Assembly: GCA_964493115.1 (NCBI GenBank) | Contig: CAZBNF010000002.1 | Location: 4,461 to 44,826, forward strand | DNA: 40,366 nucleotides | Direction of reading: 5' to 3' | Source: an uncultured Planctomycetia bacterium | Lineage (GTDB): Bacteria; Omnitrophota; Gorgyraeia; JABMRG01 | In this document: positions 7,237-17,363 of the stretch, piece by piece | Position numbering within the stretch: the stretch's first letter is position 1 | Layout of the letters: the number at the start of each line of letters is the position of its first letter | Notes under the pieces: model-generated | Seen by the model: only the letters and a program-made list of their open reading frames with translations | The model's database searches: none | Told to the model about the DNA's origin: nothing | Program-made: the position numbers and the translations under genes

Positions 7237-8430
7237 TTAGGAAATTTTGGCCACAAACTCTTTTATGCGATCTAACCCCTTGGTAATATTCTCCATGGAG
7301 GTAGCGTAGGAAAGTCTAATATATTCACCTGCTCCAAACTCACCTCCAGGGACCACTGCTACGTTAACTTCTTCCAACAAGATATCTGCAAGGGAGGATG
7401 AATCTTTTATCGCCTGTCCTTTGAACGCCTTTCCGATAATCTTAGATACATCAGGAAAAACATAAAAAGCGCCTTGCGGTTTTAAACACGATATCCCTTC
7501 GATAGAATTTAATCTATCTACAATATAATCTCTCCTCCTGGCAAATTCAGCTACCATATTATATAAAGGTTCTTGAGTGCCCTCCAAAGCTGCAAGGCTC
7601 GCCTTCTGGGAAATAGAAGTAGGGTTAGAAGTTGAATGGCTCTGCAGATTGCTCATTGCCTTAATTATCTCTTTGGGGCCTGCGGCATAGCCAATTCGCC
7701 AACCAGTCATGGAATAAGATTTTGAGACACCGTTTACTACAATGGTTAGTTTTTTTATTTCTGGATTTAAGGAGGCAATACTTATATGCTCCTCGCTGTC
7801 ATAGATAATCTTTTCATAGATTTCATCGGAGATACAAAAGATGCCTTTTTCTACCAGAACTTTACTAATAGCAACAAGATCTTCTTTGCTATAGACCATA
7901 CCTGTGGGATTAGATGGAGAATTCAGAATCAAAAGTTTTGTCTTTAGAGTAATTACTTCTTTTAATTGCTGTGGTGAAATCTTAAAGCTATCTTCATGGG
8001 ATGTCTTTAAGGCCACTGCCTTTGCACCAGCTACCTTAATCATCTCGGGATAACTTACCCAGTATGGCGAAGGTAAAATCACTTCATCTTCTTCATTGCA
8101 CAGAGCTAAAATTGCATTAAAAATAGAGTGTTTTGCCCCACAGGAAACAAGAACTTCGTCAGGTGAATAATCCAGATTATTATCGGTTTTAAATTTCCTG
8201 CAAATTGCCTTTTTTAATTCTGGTATGCCTGAAGCTGGGGTATATTTGGTAAAACCCTCATCTATTGCTTTTTTGGCCGCATCCTTAATATGTTCGGGTG
8301 TATCAAAGTCCGGCTCACCAGCACCAAATCCAACTACATCAATCCCATCAGCTTTCATCTGCTTTGCCTTAGCGGTTATGGCTAAAGTTACTGATGGACT
8401 AATCGAACCTATTCTTTTTGATAGCGACAT
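7237..8430 (-). CDS. aspC: Aspartate aminotransferase (class I/II PLP)
   Basis: GAGEPDF, SPSNPTG, SDEIY, SKSYSMTGWRIG (PLP lysine), GAFYVF. Confidence 0.9.
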   Translation of the reverse strand: MSLSKRIGSISPSVTLAITAKAKQMKADGIDVVGFGAGEPDFDTPEHIKDAAKKAIDEGFTKYTPASGIPELKKAICRKFKTDNNLDYSPDEVLVSCGAKHSIFNAILALCNEEDEVILPSPYWVSYPEMIKVAGAKAVALKTSHEDSFKISPQQLKEVITLKTKLLILNSPSNPTGMVYSKEDLVAISKVLVEKGIFCISDEIYEKIIYDSEEHISIASLNPEIKKLTIVVNGVSKSYSMTGWRIGYAAGPKEIIKAMSNLQSHSTSNPTSISQKASLAALEGTQEPLYNMVAEFARRRDYIVDRLNSIEGISCLKPQGAFYVFPDVSKIIGKAFKGQAIKDSSSLADILLEEVNVAVVPGGEFGAGEYIRLSYATSMENITKGLDRIKEFVAKIS

Positions 8431-8443
8431 AGTTCATTCCTCC

Positions 8444-9346
8444 TCATATGTTTTTAACTCCCTTATTATCCACGTCTAAAATCATTACCTTAGCTTCAAT
8501 TCCATTTCGTTTGAATGCCTTTTTCATTGCCTGGCCAATAGGCTGGGGATATCTATTGGTTATGGCAACTACAGATGAACCTGCACCACTTAAAGAAACC
8601 CCATGCGCACCAGCATCTTTGGCTGCTTCAAAAACATTTTCTAATCCAGGGATTAATTTCTTTCGATAGGGCTGATGTAAGCGGTCCTCCATTCCTAAGC
8701 CCATTGTTTCTAAATCATCAGTAATGATTCCATTAACAAAGAAGGCTACCCGATTAAGGTTAAAAACAGCGTCTTCAAATGGAACCTTTTTAGGTAAAAC
8801 TGCTACTGCATCTCTGGTGTTTACCTCTAAATTCTGGGGTATAGCAATAATTGCCCTAATTCCATAGCGCACAAAAAAGTTCTTATAAATAAGCTTGTTG
8901 TCTTTGTATCCACAAATAGTCAGGCCCCCTAAAAATGCTGCCACAATATTATCTGCATGACCTTCTAATTTAGCGCAGATTTGCATCAATTCTTCTTGGG
9001 ATAATTCCTTCTTACAAATCTCATTGGCTGCTGCTGCTCCAGCAACAATTGAAGCGGCACTACTACCTAATCCTCTGGCAATGGGGATATGATTATCCAT
9101 TTTTATTTTTAATCCTTTTAGTACATAACCGCACTTCTTGAATACCTTATTGGCTGCTTGAAAGGAAAGATTCTTCTTATCTTTTGGAAGAACATCTTTT
9201 CCTTCTCCAGTAATTTCTATCTTTAATCCATAACGAGTTTCTTGCATCTGAAGAGTGTTATATAATTCTAAAGCCATCCCCAAACAATTAAATCCTGCTC
9301 CTAAATTTGCTGTTGTAGCTGAAACACGAACTCTTACTTTTAACAT
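8444..9346 (-). CDS. thrB: Homoserine kinase (GHMP family), divergent motifs
   Basis: ATTANLGAGFNCLG, IPIARGLGSSAA, EGHADN, EDRLHQPYR, LSGAGS. Confidence 0.88.
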   Translation of the reverse strand: MLKVRVRVSATTANLGAGFNCLGMALELYNTLQMQETRYGLKIEITGEGKDVLPKDKKNLSFQAANKVFKKCGYVLKGLKIKMDNHIPIARGLGSSAASIVAGAAAANEICKKELSQEELMQICAKLEGHADNIVAAFLGGLTICGYKDNKLIYKNFFVRYGIRAIIAIPQNLEVNTRDAVAVLPKKVPFEDAVFNLNRVAFFVNGIITDDLETMGLGMEDRLHQPYRKKLIPGLENVFEAAKDAGAHGVSLSGAGSSVVAITNRYPQPIGQAMKKAFKRNGIEAKVMILDVDNKGVKNI

Positions 9347-9384
9347 TAGCTTTCAAGCCCCTTTATCCATATATCACTAACCTC

Positions 9385-10052
9385 CTACCAGCCAGCTCGT
9401 TCACGCTCTGATTCAGGCATAACATCACTTAATAAAATTGTTCTCTTAACTTCTTTAATATCTCTTGTCTTAGTATCAATAATATATCCACGTAAAAACC
9501 AATCAGCCCAGAGGCAAGATGCATTACAGCAAATGGTACCGCCTATCTTAGCGTTGCCAAATGCCTCATGGATATGGCCAAAGATATGAAAGATGGGCTG
9601 CTTATCTTTAACTAAGTTGAATATCGATACCGAACCTGCACGCAAGCCATTTGCTACTCTGTCTAAGATACCTTTTGGCGGCCCATGGGTTATGAATATG
9701 GTTTTTTTGTCCACTTTTCCTTCGATACTTCCCAATTTTTTGGCAAGTTCGTCCTCGGGCAACTCATTATTAGTATCCCAAGGGGTAGGAAGAACATATT
9801 GAAATCCCGTTATTTTCAATTTCCCTAAAACATGAGTCCTTGAATTTAAATTCAATATTCCATAGTCATCAAGCACCTTGTCCCAATCCCCATCAGAAAT
9901 ATGGTCATCATTGCCAATTAGCATATATACAGGGATATCCATTGTTTTTAATAACTTACATATCTCGATTAACTTTTCTTTCTGTTTCGATTTAATTGTA
10001 GATAAATCAATGCTTTGTTACCGTGAATGTCACTTGTAGCAAATATTTTCAT
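9385..10052 (-). pseudogene. Calcineurin-like metallophosphoesterase, frameshifted / internally deleted
   Basis: Start MKIFATSDIHGN at 10052 (ATGA overlap with the upstream ORF) is out of frame with the GNDD/THGPP/GHIHE part; the GD motif segment is missing. Confidence 0.75.
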
Positions 10053-10393
10053 TTACTTTTCCCGTCCCAATTTATTAACTCTTCCACTACCTCTTTTGGC
10101 AAACTCCACCCTGTCATTTTATAACGGCCCAAGCCATCAAATTCTCTTACCTCAACGCTTTTTTCTGTATTCATATTAAACTCACAAATTTTTGTCTTTT
10201 CTTTTATGGGAAACTTTTTGATTTTACTCTGTTTAAATTTTTTCTGCCAGGAAACCAATTCTTCCGCAACCGCCCTTGGCATTTTCCAAGAACGACACCG
10301 TTCATCCTTGCAATCATCAAAATAGCGCATCTCTAAAATTTCGTCTGACAAGTTTATAAATTCGACTTTATAATTGCCTTGCTTATTTAGCAT
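10049..10393 (-). CDS. Hypothetical protein with two internal repeats, possibly a PC4/YdbC-like ssDNA/RNA-binding fold
   Basis: LEMRYFDD...WKMPRAVAEELVSW versus VEVREFDG...WSLPKEVVEELINW. Confidence 0.6.
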   Translation of the reverse strand: MLNKQGNYKVEFINLSDEILEMRYFDDCKDERCRSWKMPRAVAEELVSWQKKFKQSKIKKFPIKEKTKICEFNMNTEKSVEVREFDGLGRYKMTGWSLPKEVVEELINWDGKSK

Positions 10394-10397
10394 TCCG

Positions 10398-10904
10398 CTA
10401 TCCTCCTAATCTGATTTTTTCATTTTTCTTATTCACCTCTTGAGCTATTTCCTCTTTATATTCTTTCACTTTCTCTCTTATCTCTGGGAATTTTACTCCC
10501 AAGATTTGTTGTGCTGTCAAGATGCCTGCGTTCTTAGCTCCGGCCTTGCCAACCGCTACAGTAGCCACAGGGACACCTGAAGGCATCTGAACTATGGACA
10601 AGAGAGAGTCTAATCCTCCAGACAACTGCGTTTGCATAGGCACACCAATCACTGGCAAGGGTGTCATTGAGGCGATTACACCTGCTAAATGCGCTGCCCC
10701 ACCTGCACCAGCGATGATTACCTCTAAGCCTCGTTCTTCAGCACTAGAGGCATACTCATGTGCTCTTTGTGGTGTGCGGTGAGCGGAGATAATATTTATC
10801 TCATAGCCTATGCCAAATTTATCAAGAATATTAGCTGTTTCTTGCATTACCGGCAAATCAGAATCACTACCCATAACAATTCCCACTAAAATTTTCTTAT
10901 CCAT
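10398..10904 (-). CDS. purE: N5-CAIR mutase / AIR carboxylase catalytic subunit
   Basis: IVMGSDSDL, ISAHRTP, AGAGGAAHLAG, GLDSLLSIVQMP; start placed at MDKK from GGAGG spacing. Confidence 0.97.
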   Translation of the reverse strand: MDKKILVGIVMGSDSDLPVMQETANILDKFGIGYEINIISAHRTPQRAHEYASSAEERGLEVIIAGAGGAAHLAGVIASMTPLPVIGVPMQTQLSGGLDSLLSIVQMPSGVPVATVAVGKAGAKNAGILTAQQILGVKFPEIREKVKEYKEEIAQEVNKKNEKIRLGG

Positions 10905-11481
10905 GCTCATTTCCTCCATGTTTATATCCTTTGACTAAACTCAGATTGGCCTTAATAACCTTTTCCATAAACGCTTTTGTTTTTTTATCAGCATACCTTA
11001 AATCTCTTGCATCCTCTTCACAATTGACCAAGCAATGAGATTCGATGATTCTCTCAGGGATAATATCTACTCTTTCCACCACTGCTAAATGTTTTATGCA
11101 AACACCATCACCAATCTCTGCCTTAAAAACTACTGAGCCAAAACCAACAAAACAGTTTTTGCCAATTTTGCAAGGCCCATGAATTATGCAACCGTGCGCC
11201 AAAGAGGAACTTTCTTCTATTAAAACAGAGCTGCCTTCCAGAGCATGAATTATGACCCTATCTTGAACATTGCAGTTATCTTTAATAATTATCGAGCTGC
11301 CAGGCTCATCGGCTCTGATAACCGCAGTCGGGCCAACAAAGACATTGTTGCCTATACTTACCTTGCCTATTATTACTGCTGTCAGGTCAATATAAGCGCT
11401 ATTATCTATCTGCGGATAATCTCCTTCTGGATTCCATCTAATCATTTTTGGCCTGTTACGGGCTTTACTCGGCACACTCAC
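10897..11481 (-). CDS. Gamma-class carbonic anhydrase (Cam-like)
   Basis: Hexapeptide repeats, IRADE, NVQDRVIIH, SLAHGCIIHGP (three Zn-ligand His). Confidence 0.88.
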   Translation of the reverse strand: MSVPSKARNRPKMIRWNPEGDYPQIDNSAYIDLTAVIIGKVSIGNNVFVGPTAVIRADEPGSSIIIKDNCNVQDRVIIHALEGSSVLIEESSSLAHGCIIHGPCKIGKNCFVGFGSVVFKAEIGDGVCIKHLAVVERVDIIPERIIESHCLVNCEEDARDLRYADKKTKAFMEKVIKANLSLVKGYKHGGNEHG

Positions 11482-11515
11482 TGTCTACCCCCCCCAATTC
11501 AATTTTTATTCTAAC

Positions 11516-14500
11516 CTACGCTATGCCAATGCGCTTCCTCTCCGCCGATAGAATGGCATTCCTCAATTCCTCAATATCCCTAGCCTTTAACCAATTCTTA
11601 TCAAAGTCCTTATCCTGAACAATCTGGGCAATAGCCGCCAGAGCACGGAGGTAGAAATTGCGTTCATCAGGAGGGCCAACCAGAACAAACACGGTGTGAA
11701 TTCCCCCGGATACACCAGGAAAGATAACCCCTTCTTTACAACGAACCATAAGAATGTCAAATTCCTGAATTCCTCTGGCAATGACATGTGGTATGGCAAG
11801 TCCGGGAGCAATCACGGTGCTAATCTGTTTCTCTCTTTCCATAAAGAGATTAAAGAGTGTCTTATTGTCTATGCCTACCCGCCTGAAGAGCATAGCCGAT
11901 ACCGTCTCAAACATCTCTTTTAAGGATATAGAGTGGTCTATATCCAAAATCTCACACTTTTTTATCAGACGGTCAAACCTATCCTCAACAATCCCTCTCT
12001 GCTCGACTACAATCTCCCTTAATTCATCACGTAGAGTATTATCCCTTAACTCTTCGGGGATAATACGCTCAACAGTGTGTATGCGGGCAGAAGCTTTTAT
12101 CAGCCGCCTTCTTATGAGCTTCTCAAGCTCAACAGCCAAAAACCCTGCCGGGGTAACTAAAAGTATAACTAACCACCACTCAGGAGGAAAAGGCACTGTT
12201 TTAAATGGACTAACTCCAAATAAAGGAAGAGAATAGACCCATATAACTTGCAGCCCTAAAGTTGTACCCGCCCCTATAACCACCCATTTATTTGAGAAGG
12301 GACTAAAGGTAAATGCCGAGCCTCTTACTGATCTGGCGGTAAATAGGTAACAAACTTCTACAAAGATCAGCGTGGTGAATGCTGCTGTCCCTGCCTGAGC
12401 AAAATCACGCAGGGACAAATAAACGAGACCGAATACAGTAAATACCACACTTGTCTCCACAATAGATACTAAGCCAACCCTCTGGAGAAAAAAGGCATTC
12501 GCCAATGGCTCGCTAATGTCACGGGGAGGCATATCGAGTATCCCCTTCTCTTTTACTTCCCGGGCTAAAGGTATGGCACAAGCAAGAGCTATAATTAAAT
12601 TTACCCACAGGATTTGTATCGGTTCTAAAGGAAGACGTTCGGCAAAAATAGGTATGAACGGGGAAAGCAATATTGCCCCCATCATCACCATAACCTGGCC
12701 GCCGTTTGTAGGAAGTAAATACAAAATAACCTTCCAGATGTTGTTGAAAATATGCCTGCCTTCTTCTATTGCGGCTACGATACTGGCGAAATTATCATCG
12801 GTCAAAACCATATCAGAGGATTCTTTACTTACCTCGGTGCCTGTTATTCCCATAGATATTCCTATGTGGGCTCTCTTTAGCGCTGGAGCATCGTTTACCC
12901 CATCGCCGGTAACAGCAACTATCTCGCCTCTTTTATGCAGCTGTTCTACTATCCTAAACTTGTGTTCGGGAGCAACCCTGGCATACACTGATACTTTATC
13001 CACAACCTCAGATAATTCTATATCATCCATTCTTTGTATCTCTGCCCCGCTCAAAACCCTTTCTTCCCCTTCGCCTATCCTTAATTCTCCGGCAATAGCT
13101 TTTGCCGTTTGCGCATGGTCGCCGGTTATCATCAGTACTCTTATCCCTGCTCCCTTACATTTCCTGACTGCCTCTATCGCTTCTTCTCTGCACGGATCTA
13201 TCATTCCCTGAAGCCCGAGGAAAGTTAGCCCAACCAAATCTTCTTCTGAAGTGAGCGATGTCTTCTCCTTCTCCACAACCTTATAACCCATACCAAGCAC
13301 ACGAAGAGCGTCTTTCGCCATCTCATCCGATTTAGATAGTATTTCCTCGGTCATTAAAGGTTTAATATCCCCCTCTATTAACTGGCTTTGACACATCTTT
13401 AAGACCCTCTCCGGTGAGCCCTTCACATAGACGATGTTTCCCTCGTCGCCTTTGTGCAGAGTAGCCATATATTGCTCTTCCGGCTCAAAAGGCATTTCAT
13501 CTAATCTTGGGAGTTTTTCCGTAATACCGGCCTTAGCTGCTGAAACAATCAAAGCTCCTTCAGTAGGATCGCCTTTGATGCTATATAATCCTTGCTCGCT
13601 TTCCTCAAGAAGAGCATTGTTACAAAGGCAGCCTGCCCGCATAGTCTCCATCAATTCTTTACCTAATTCTACCAAGCCATGCGCCTTATCGCTTAGAAAA
13701 ACCTCTCCCTTAGGTTCATAACCAACGCCGCTTAAACGGTAATCTTTTCCCCCGGAGTATATCCTGGTTACGGTCATCTCGTTACGGGTAAGAGTTCCAG
13801 TCTTATCGGAGCAGATAACTGTAGTGCACCCTAAAGTTTCTGCTGCCGGTAACCGCCGGATAAGTGCGTGGCGCCGGGCCATAGATATTGTACCAAAGGC
13901 AAAAGTGGTAATTACCGCTGCTGGCAGCCCTTCGGGGATCCCTGCAACAATCAACCCTATGGTAGTCAGGAACATATGCACAGCCCCATAGCCGAATACT
14001 AATCCCACAATAAAATTAATCACACCCAGTATAGGGATAACAATGACAAAGAACCTGGTAAAACCGGCTATTTTCTTCATTATTGGCGGGGTGACTCTTT
14101 CAGTCTCTTGCATTATTCCCGCAATCTTACCTATTTCTGTCTGCTCTCCTGTTCCCACAACAACGCCCTCTCCCCGGCCACGGGTAACAAAAGTACCGCT
14201 AAAACATATACAGCGCTGTTTCTCAAGGGTCAAATCTGATTTTGAAATAGGACTGACGCTTTTGGCTACCGGCAATGACTCTCCAGTAAGCATTGCCTCA
14301 TTTATGTTCAGGTTCTTTGCCGAGAATAAACGTAAATCAGCAGGCACCCGATTACCGCCTTCAAGCAGAATCACATCACCAGGAACTAATTCTCTTGCAG
14401 GAATAATCTTTTTCTTCCCGTCCCGAAACACAGTACACTCCAGCACCATCATCTTTTTCAGGGCTTCTAAGGCGGCCTCAGCCTTTCCTTCCTGAATAAA

Positions 14501-14791
14501 ACCTATTATTACCGTGCCCAAAACCACAGCTATAATAACCCCCATATCCATAAATTTACCGAGGAAAAAGCAGACAACAGCAGCAAATATCAGCATATAC
14601 AGCAAGGGGTTATGAAACTGGAGGAGAAATCGGATAAGAGGATTGCGACTCTTGACCTTCAGTTCATTATACCCATATTTTTTCTGCCTTGTCTTTGCCT
14701 CATTAGAGGTAAGACCACTGTTAGTAGAGTCTAATATTTCAAAGATATCCTCAATTGACAACTGATACCAACTTTTTCCATTCAGCAGCAC
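11516..14791 (-). CDS. P2-type cation-transporting ATPase (CtpF/PMA1-like) fused to a C-terminal PTS EIIA(Fru/Ntr) domain
   Basis: TGES, IPEGLP, CSDKTGT, KGSPE, TGDGVNDAPAL; C-terminus MEREKQISTVIAPGLAIPH...LRALAAIAQ. Confidence 0.92.
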   Translation of the reverse strand: MLLNGKSWYQLSIEDIFEILDSTNSGLTSNEAKTRQKKYGYNELKVKSRNPLIRFLLQFHNPLLYMLIFAAVVCFFLGKFMDMGVIIAVVLGTVIIGFIQEGKAEAALEALKKMMVLECTVFRDGKKKIIPARELVPGDVILLEGGNRVPADLRLFSAKNLNINEAMLTGESLPVAKSVSPISKSDLTLEKQRCICFSGTFVTRGRGEGVVVGTGEQTEIGKIAGIMQETERVTPPIMKKIAGFTRFFVIVIPILGVINFIVGLVFGYGAVHMFLTTIGLIVAGIPEGLPAAVITTFAFGTISMARRHALIRRLPAAETLGCTTVICSDKTGTLTRNEMTVTRIYSGGKDYRLSGVGYEPKGEVFLSDKAHGLVELGKELMETMRAGCLCNNALLEESEQGLYSIKGDPTEGALIVSAAKAGITEKLPRLDEMPFEPEEQYMATLHKGDEGNIVYVKGSPERVLKMCQSQLIEGDIKPLMTEEILSKSDEMAKDALRVLGMGYKVVEKEKTSLTSEEDLVGLTFLGLQGMIDPCREEAIEAVRKCKGAGIRVLMITGDHAQTAKAIAGELRIGEGEERVLSGAEIQRMDDIELSEVVDKVSVYARVAPEHKFRIVEQLHKRGEIVAVTGDGVNDAPALKRAHIGISMGITGTEVSKESSDMVLTDDNFASIVAAIEEGRHIFNNIWKVILYLLPTNGGQVMVMMGAILLSPFIPIFAERLPLEPIQILWVNLIIALACAIPLAREVKEKGILDMPPRDISEPLANAFFLQRVGLVSIVETSVVFTVFGLVYLSLRDFAQAGTAAFTTLIFVEVCYLFTARSVRGSAFTFSPFSNKWVVIGAGTTLGLQVIWVYSLPLFGVSPFKTVPFPPEWWLVILLVTPAGFLAVELEKLIRRRLIKASARIHTVERIIPEELRDNTLRDELREIVVEQRGIVEDRFDRLIKKCEILDIDHSISLKEMFETVSAMLFRRVGIDNKTLFNLFMEREKQISTVIAPGLAIPHVIARGIQEFDILMVRCKEGVIFPGVSGGIHTVFVLVGPPDERNFYLRALAAIAQIVQDKDFDKNWLKARDIEELRNAILSAERKRIGIA

Positions 14792-14836
14792 ACATGCCTC
14801 CTTTTTTACTTCAGTAAATCGTCTTTTTTTAACCTC

Positions 14837-14950
14837 TTATGCTATTAGCTGAAAAAATAATATTTTAAATATTTCTCTCCATTCAAATATTTTCCTTATC
14901 CATGCAAAATGTATAACCATAATTAAATCAGCAAAGATTTCATATAACAT
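14837..14950 (-). pseudogene. Short remnant of a DUF2784-like membrane protein
   Basis: 37-aa [23 protein letters not shown]... overlapping the accC stop; the first 18 aa resemble the DUF2784 N-terminal helix. Confidence 0.4.
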
Positions 14951-16290
14951 CTTTCATTAATTTTTCTTCAATAAATTTAGTAGAATATTCTCCCTTTTGA
15001 AAATCCCCGTGATTTAGCACTTTCAAGTGAAAAGGGATGGTTGTTTTTACTCCCTCAATAATAAATTCCTGTAATGCCCTCTTCATGCGGATAATAGCTG
15101 ACTTTCTATCTTCAGCATGGACAATTAATTTAGCAATTAATGAATCATAGTAGGGTGGAACAACATAGCCTTTATAGAGATGGGAATCTATACGCACCCC
15201 CGGACCTCCTGGTAGATTCAAATCAGTAATCTCACCTGGCGAAGGCATAAAATTATTGCCTGGGTCTTCGGCGTTTATCCGGCATTCTATAGAGTGGCTA
15301 TTACAGCTAATATCCTGTTGCTGATAAGCCAGCCTTTGGCCAGCGGCAATGCGAATCTGTTCTTTGACTAAATCTATACCTGTGATCATTTCCGTAATGG
15401 GGTGTTCTACCTGAATCCTTGTATTCATCTCCATAAAATAGAAATTGCCTTCTTTATCCAGAATGAACTCAACAGTCCCTGCGCTAAAATAATTAACTGC
15501 CTTTGCTGCTTTTATGGCTATCTTACCCATCTTATCCCTTAATTTCTCATTTATAGCGGGAGAGGGCGTCTCTTCGATAAGTTTTTGATGCCGCCTTTGA
15601 ATAGAGCATTCTCTCTCTCACATGTATAGTATTGCCGAATTTGTCAGCAAGAACCTGTACCTCAATATGGCGTGCCTCATCAATATACTTTTCAATATAA
15701 ACCTCATTATTACCAAAGGCAGCCTGAGCTTCGTTTTTGGCCATATGAAAACCTGAAATTAAACTTTCTCTATTATGGGCTATTCTCATTCCTTTACCTC
15801 CCCCTCCGGCAGAGGCTTTAATCATTACTGGGTAACCAATTTTTTCTGCTACCCTGATTACTTCTTTTTCATCTTTGATTACGCCTTCACTGCCTGGAAC
15901 TACAGGAATTCTTGCCTTCTTCATTGTTTCCCTAGCAACAGACTTATCACCCATTTTACTTATCGCCATGGGCGGAGGACCAATAAAGGTTATTTTACAA
16001 GACTCACATATTTCAGCAAAATGGGTATTTTCAGATAGAAACCCATATCCCGGATGAATTGCTTCGACATCAGTGACTTCGGCCGCGCTGATAATCGCTG
16101 GAATATTCAGGTAACTTTCCTTGCTTTGCGACTTACCTATGCAGAGAGCCTCATCTGCAAATCTAACATGCAGGGAATTAGCATCTGCTTCAGAATAGAC
16201 AGCGACTGTTCTTATGTCCATCTCTTTACAGGCTCTGATTACTCTTAAAGCAATCTCGCCACGATTGGCAATTAAAATTTTAGAAAACAT
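14940..16290 (-). pseudogene. accC: Biotin carboxylase, split by a frameshift near 15610-15620
   Basis: N-half [11 protein letters not shown]...[10 protein letters not shown]; C-half [27 protein letters not shown]; the [10 protein letters not shown] segment is present in the C-half frame just after a (GA)5 run. Confidence 0.9.
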
Positions 16291-17304
16291 TCATGCTCCT
16301 GCGGCTTTCCTTAACCTGTCCATAATTGCCAAACCCAATCCTTCTTCTTTAACACTTTCGGCGATAACAATATCTACGCCTTCTTTATCAAAATTTCTTA
16401 AAACAGAAAAGAGATTAGCGGCACAAATAGTTAAATCATCTCCTGGGCCTAACGACTTAACATTAAATCCATCATATTTATCCTTATTTTCCTCCCTTAC
16501 CAATATTCCCAGGGAGCACCCTTGTGAATTCAAACGAGATGCTAAATTTTTAACCTTTTCTACCTGGATTTTGCCATTACCTTCAACAAGCATTACCTTC
16601 GCCTTGGGCGAATAGTGACGAGAATACATACCGGGTGATAAAATTTTATCTTGCTTATAGATTTTCACTTCGTTAATTACTTTCTTTAGTTTCTCGATAC
16701 TCACTCCTCCCGGGCGTAATATAACAGGTGGATTTTGCGTAAAATCCAATATCGTTGACTCTATTCCTACTAAAGTCTTCCCGCCGTCAATAACTATATC
16801 TATCTTTTCATTCAGGTCATCTAAAACATGCTGAGCAGTTGTAGGAGAGGGCCTTCCAAATAAATTAGCGCTTGGCGCGGCAATTGGTGTGTCGGAGAAC
16901 TTAATAAAAGCTAACGCAACTTTATCAGCCGGTATTCTTATGGCTACAGTATCAAGTCCGGCAGTAACTATATCGGGTATATTTTTAGACTTTTTAAAAA
17001 CCAGAGTCAACGGCCCAGGCCAAAATTCATCAGCCAATCTTAATGCTATATCTGGAATGTCTCCTGCCAACTTATATAAATCTTCTTTTTGGGCGATATG
17101 CACAATTAAAGGGTCTTCCAGGGGCCTCTTTTTTGCCTCAAATATCTTAGCTACCGCTTTAGGATTAAATGCGTCTGCGCCTAATCCATAAACCGTTTCC
17201 GTAGGAAAGGCAACCAAACCGCCATCTTTTATTTTTTCGGCTGCGGTCTTAATGTAAACTGGATTTATATTATCAGGGTTAACTGTTATAATCTCTGTTT
17301 TCAT
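16291..17304 (-). CDS. sua5: Threonylcarbamoyl-AMP synthase (YrdC + Sua5 domains)
   Basis: AFPTETVYGL, KKRP..PLIVH, APSANLFGRPSPT, ESTI, LRPGG, SPGM..RHYSP, AIMDRLRKAA. Confidence 0.96.
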   Translation of the reverse strand: MKTEIITVNPDNINPVYIKTAAEKIKDGGLVAFPTETVYGLGADAFNPKAVAKIFEAKKRPLEDPLIVHIAQKEDLYKLAGDIPDIALRLADEFWPGPLTLVFKKSKNIPDIVTAGLDTVAIRIPADKVALAFIKFSDTPIAAPSANLFGRPSPTTAQHVLDDLNEKIDIVIDGGKTLVGIESTILDFTQNPPVILRPGGVSIEKLKKVINEVKIYKQDKILSPGMYSRHYSPKAKVMLVEGNGKIQVEKVKNLASRLNSQGCSLGILVREENKDKYDGFNVKSLGPGDDLTICAANLFSVLRNFDKEGVDIVIAESVKEEGLGLAIMDRLRKAAGA

Positions 17305-17363
17305 CTTAATATCTTAAATTTTCCCGAGCCTGTTTGGCTCCCTTAGATTTTGCTTATTTATTC

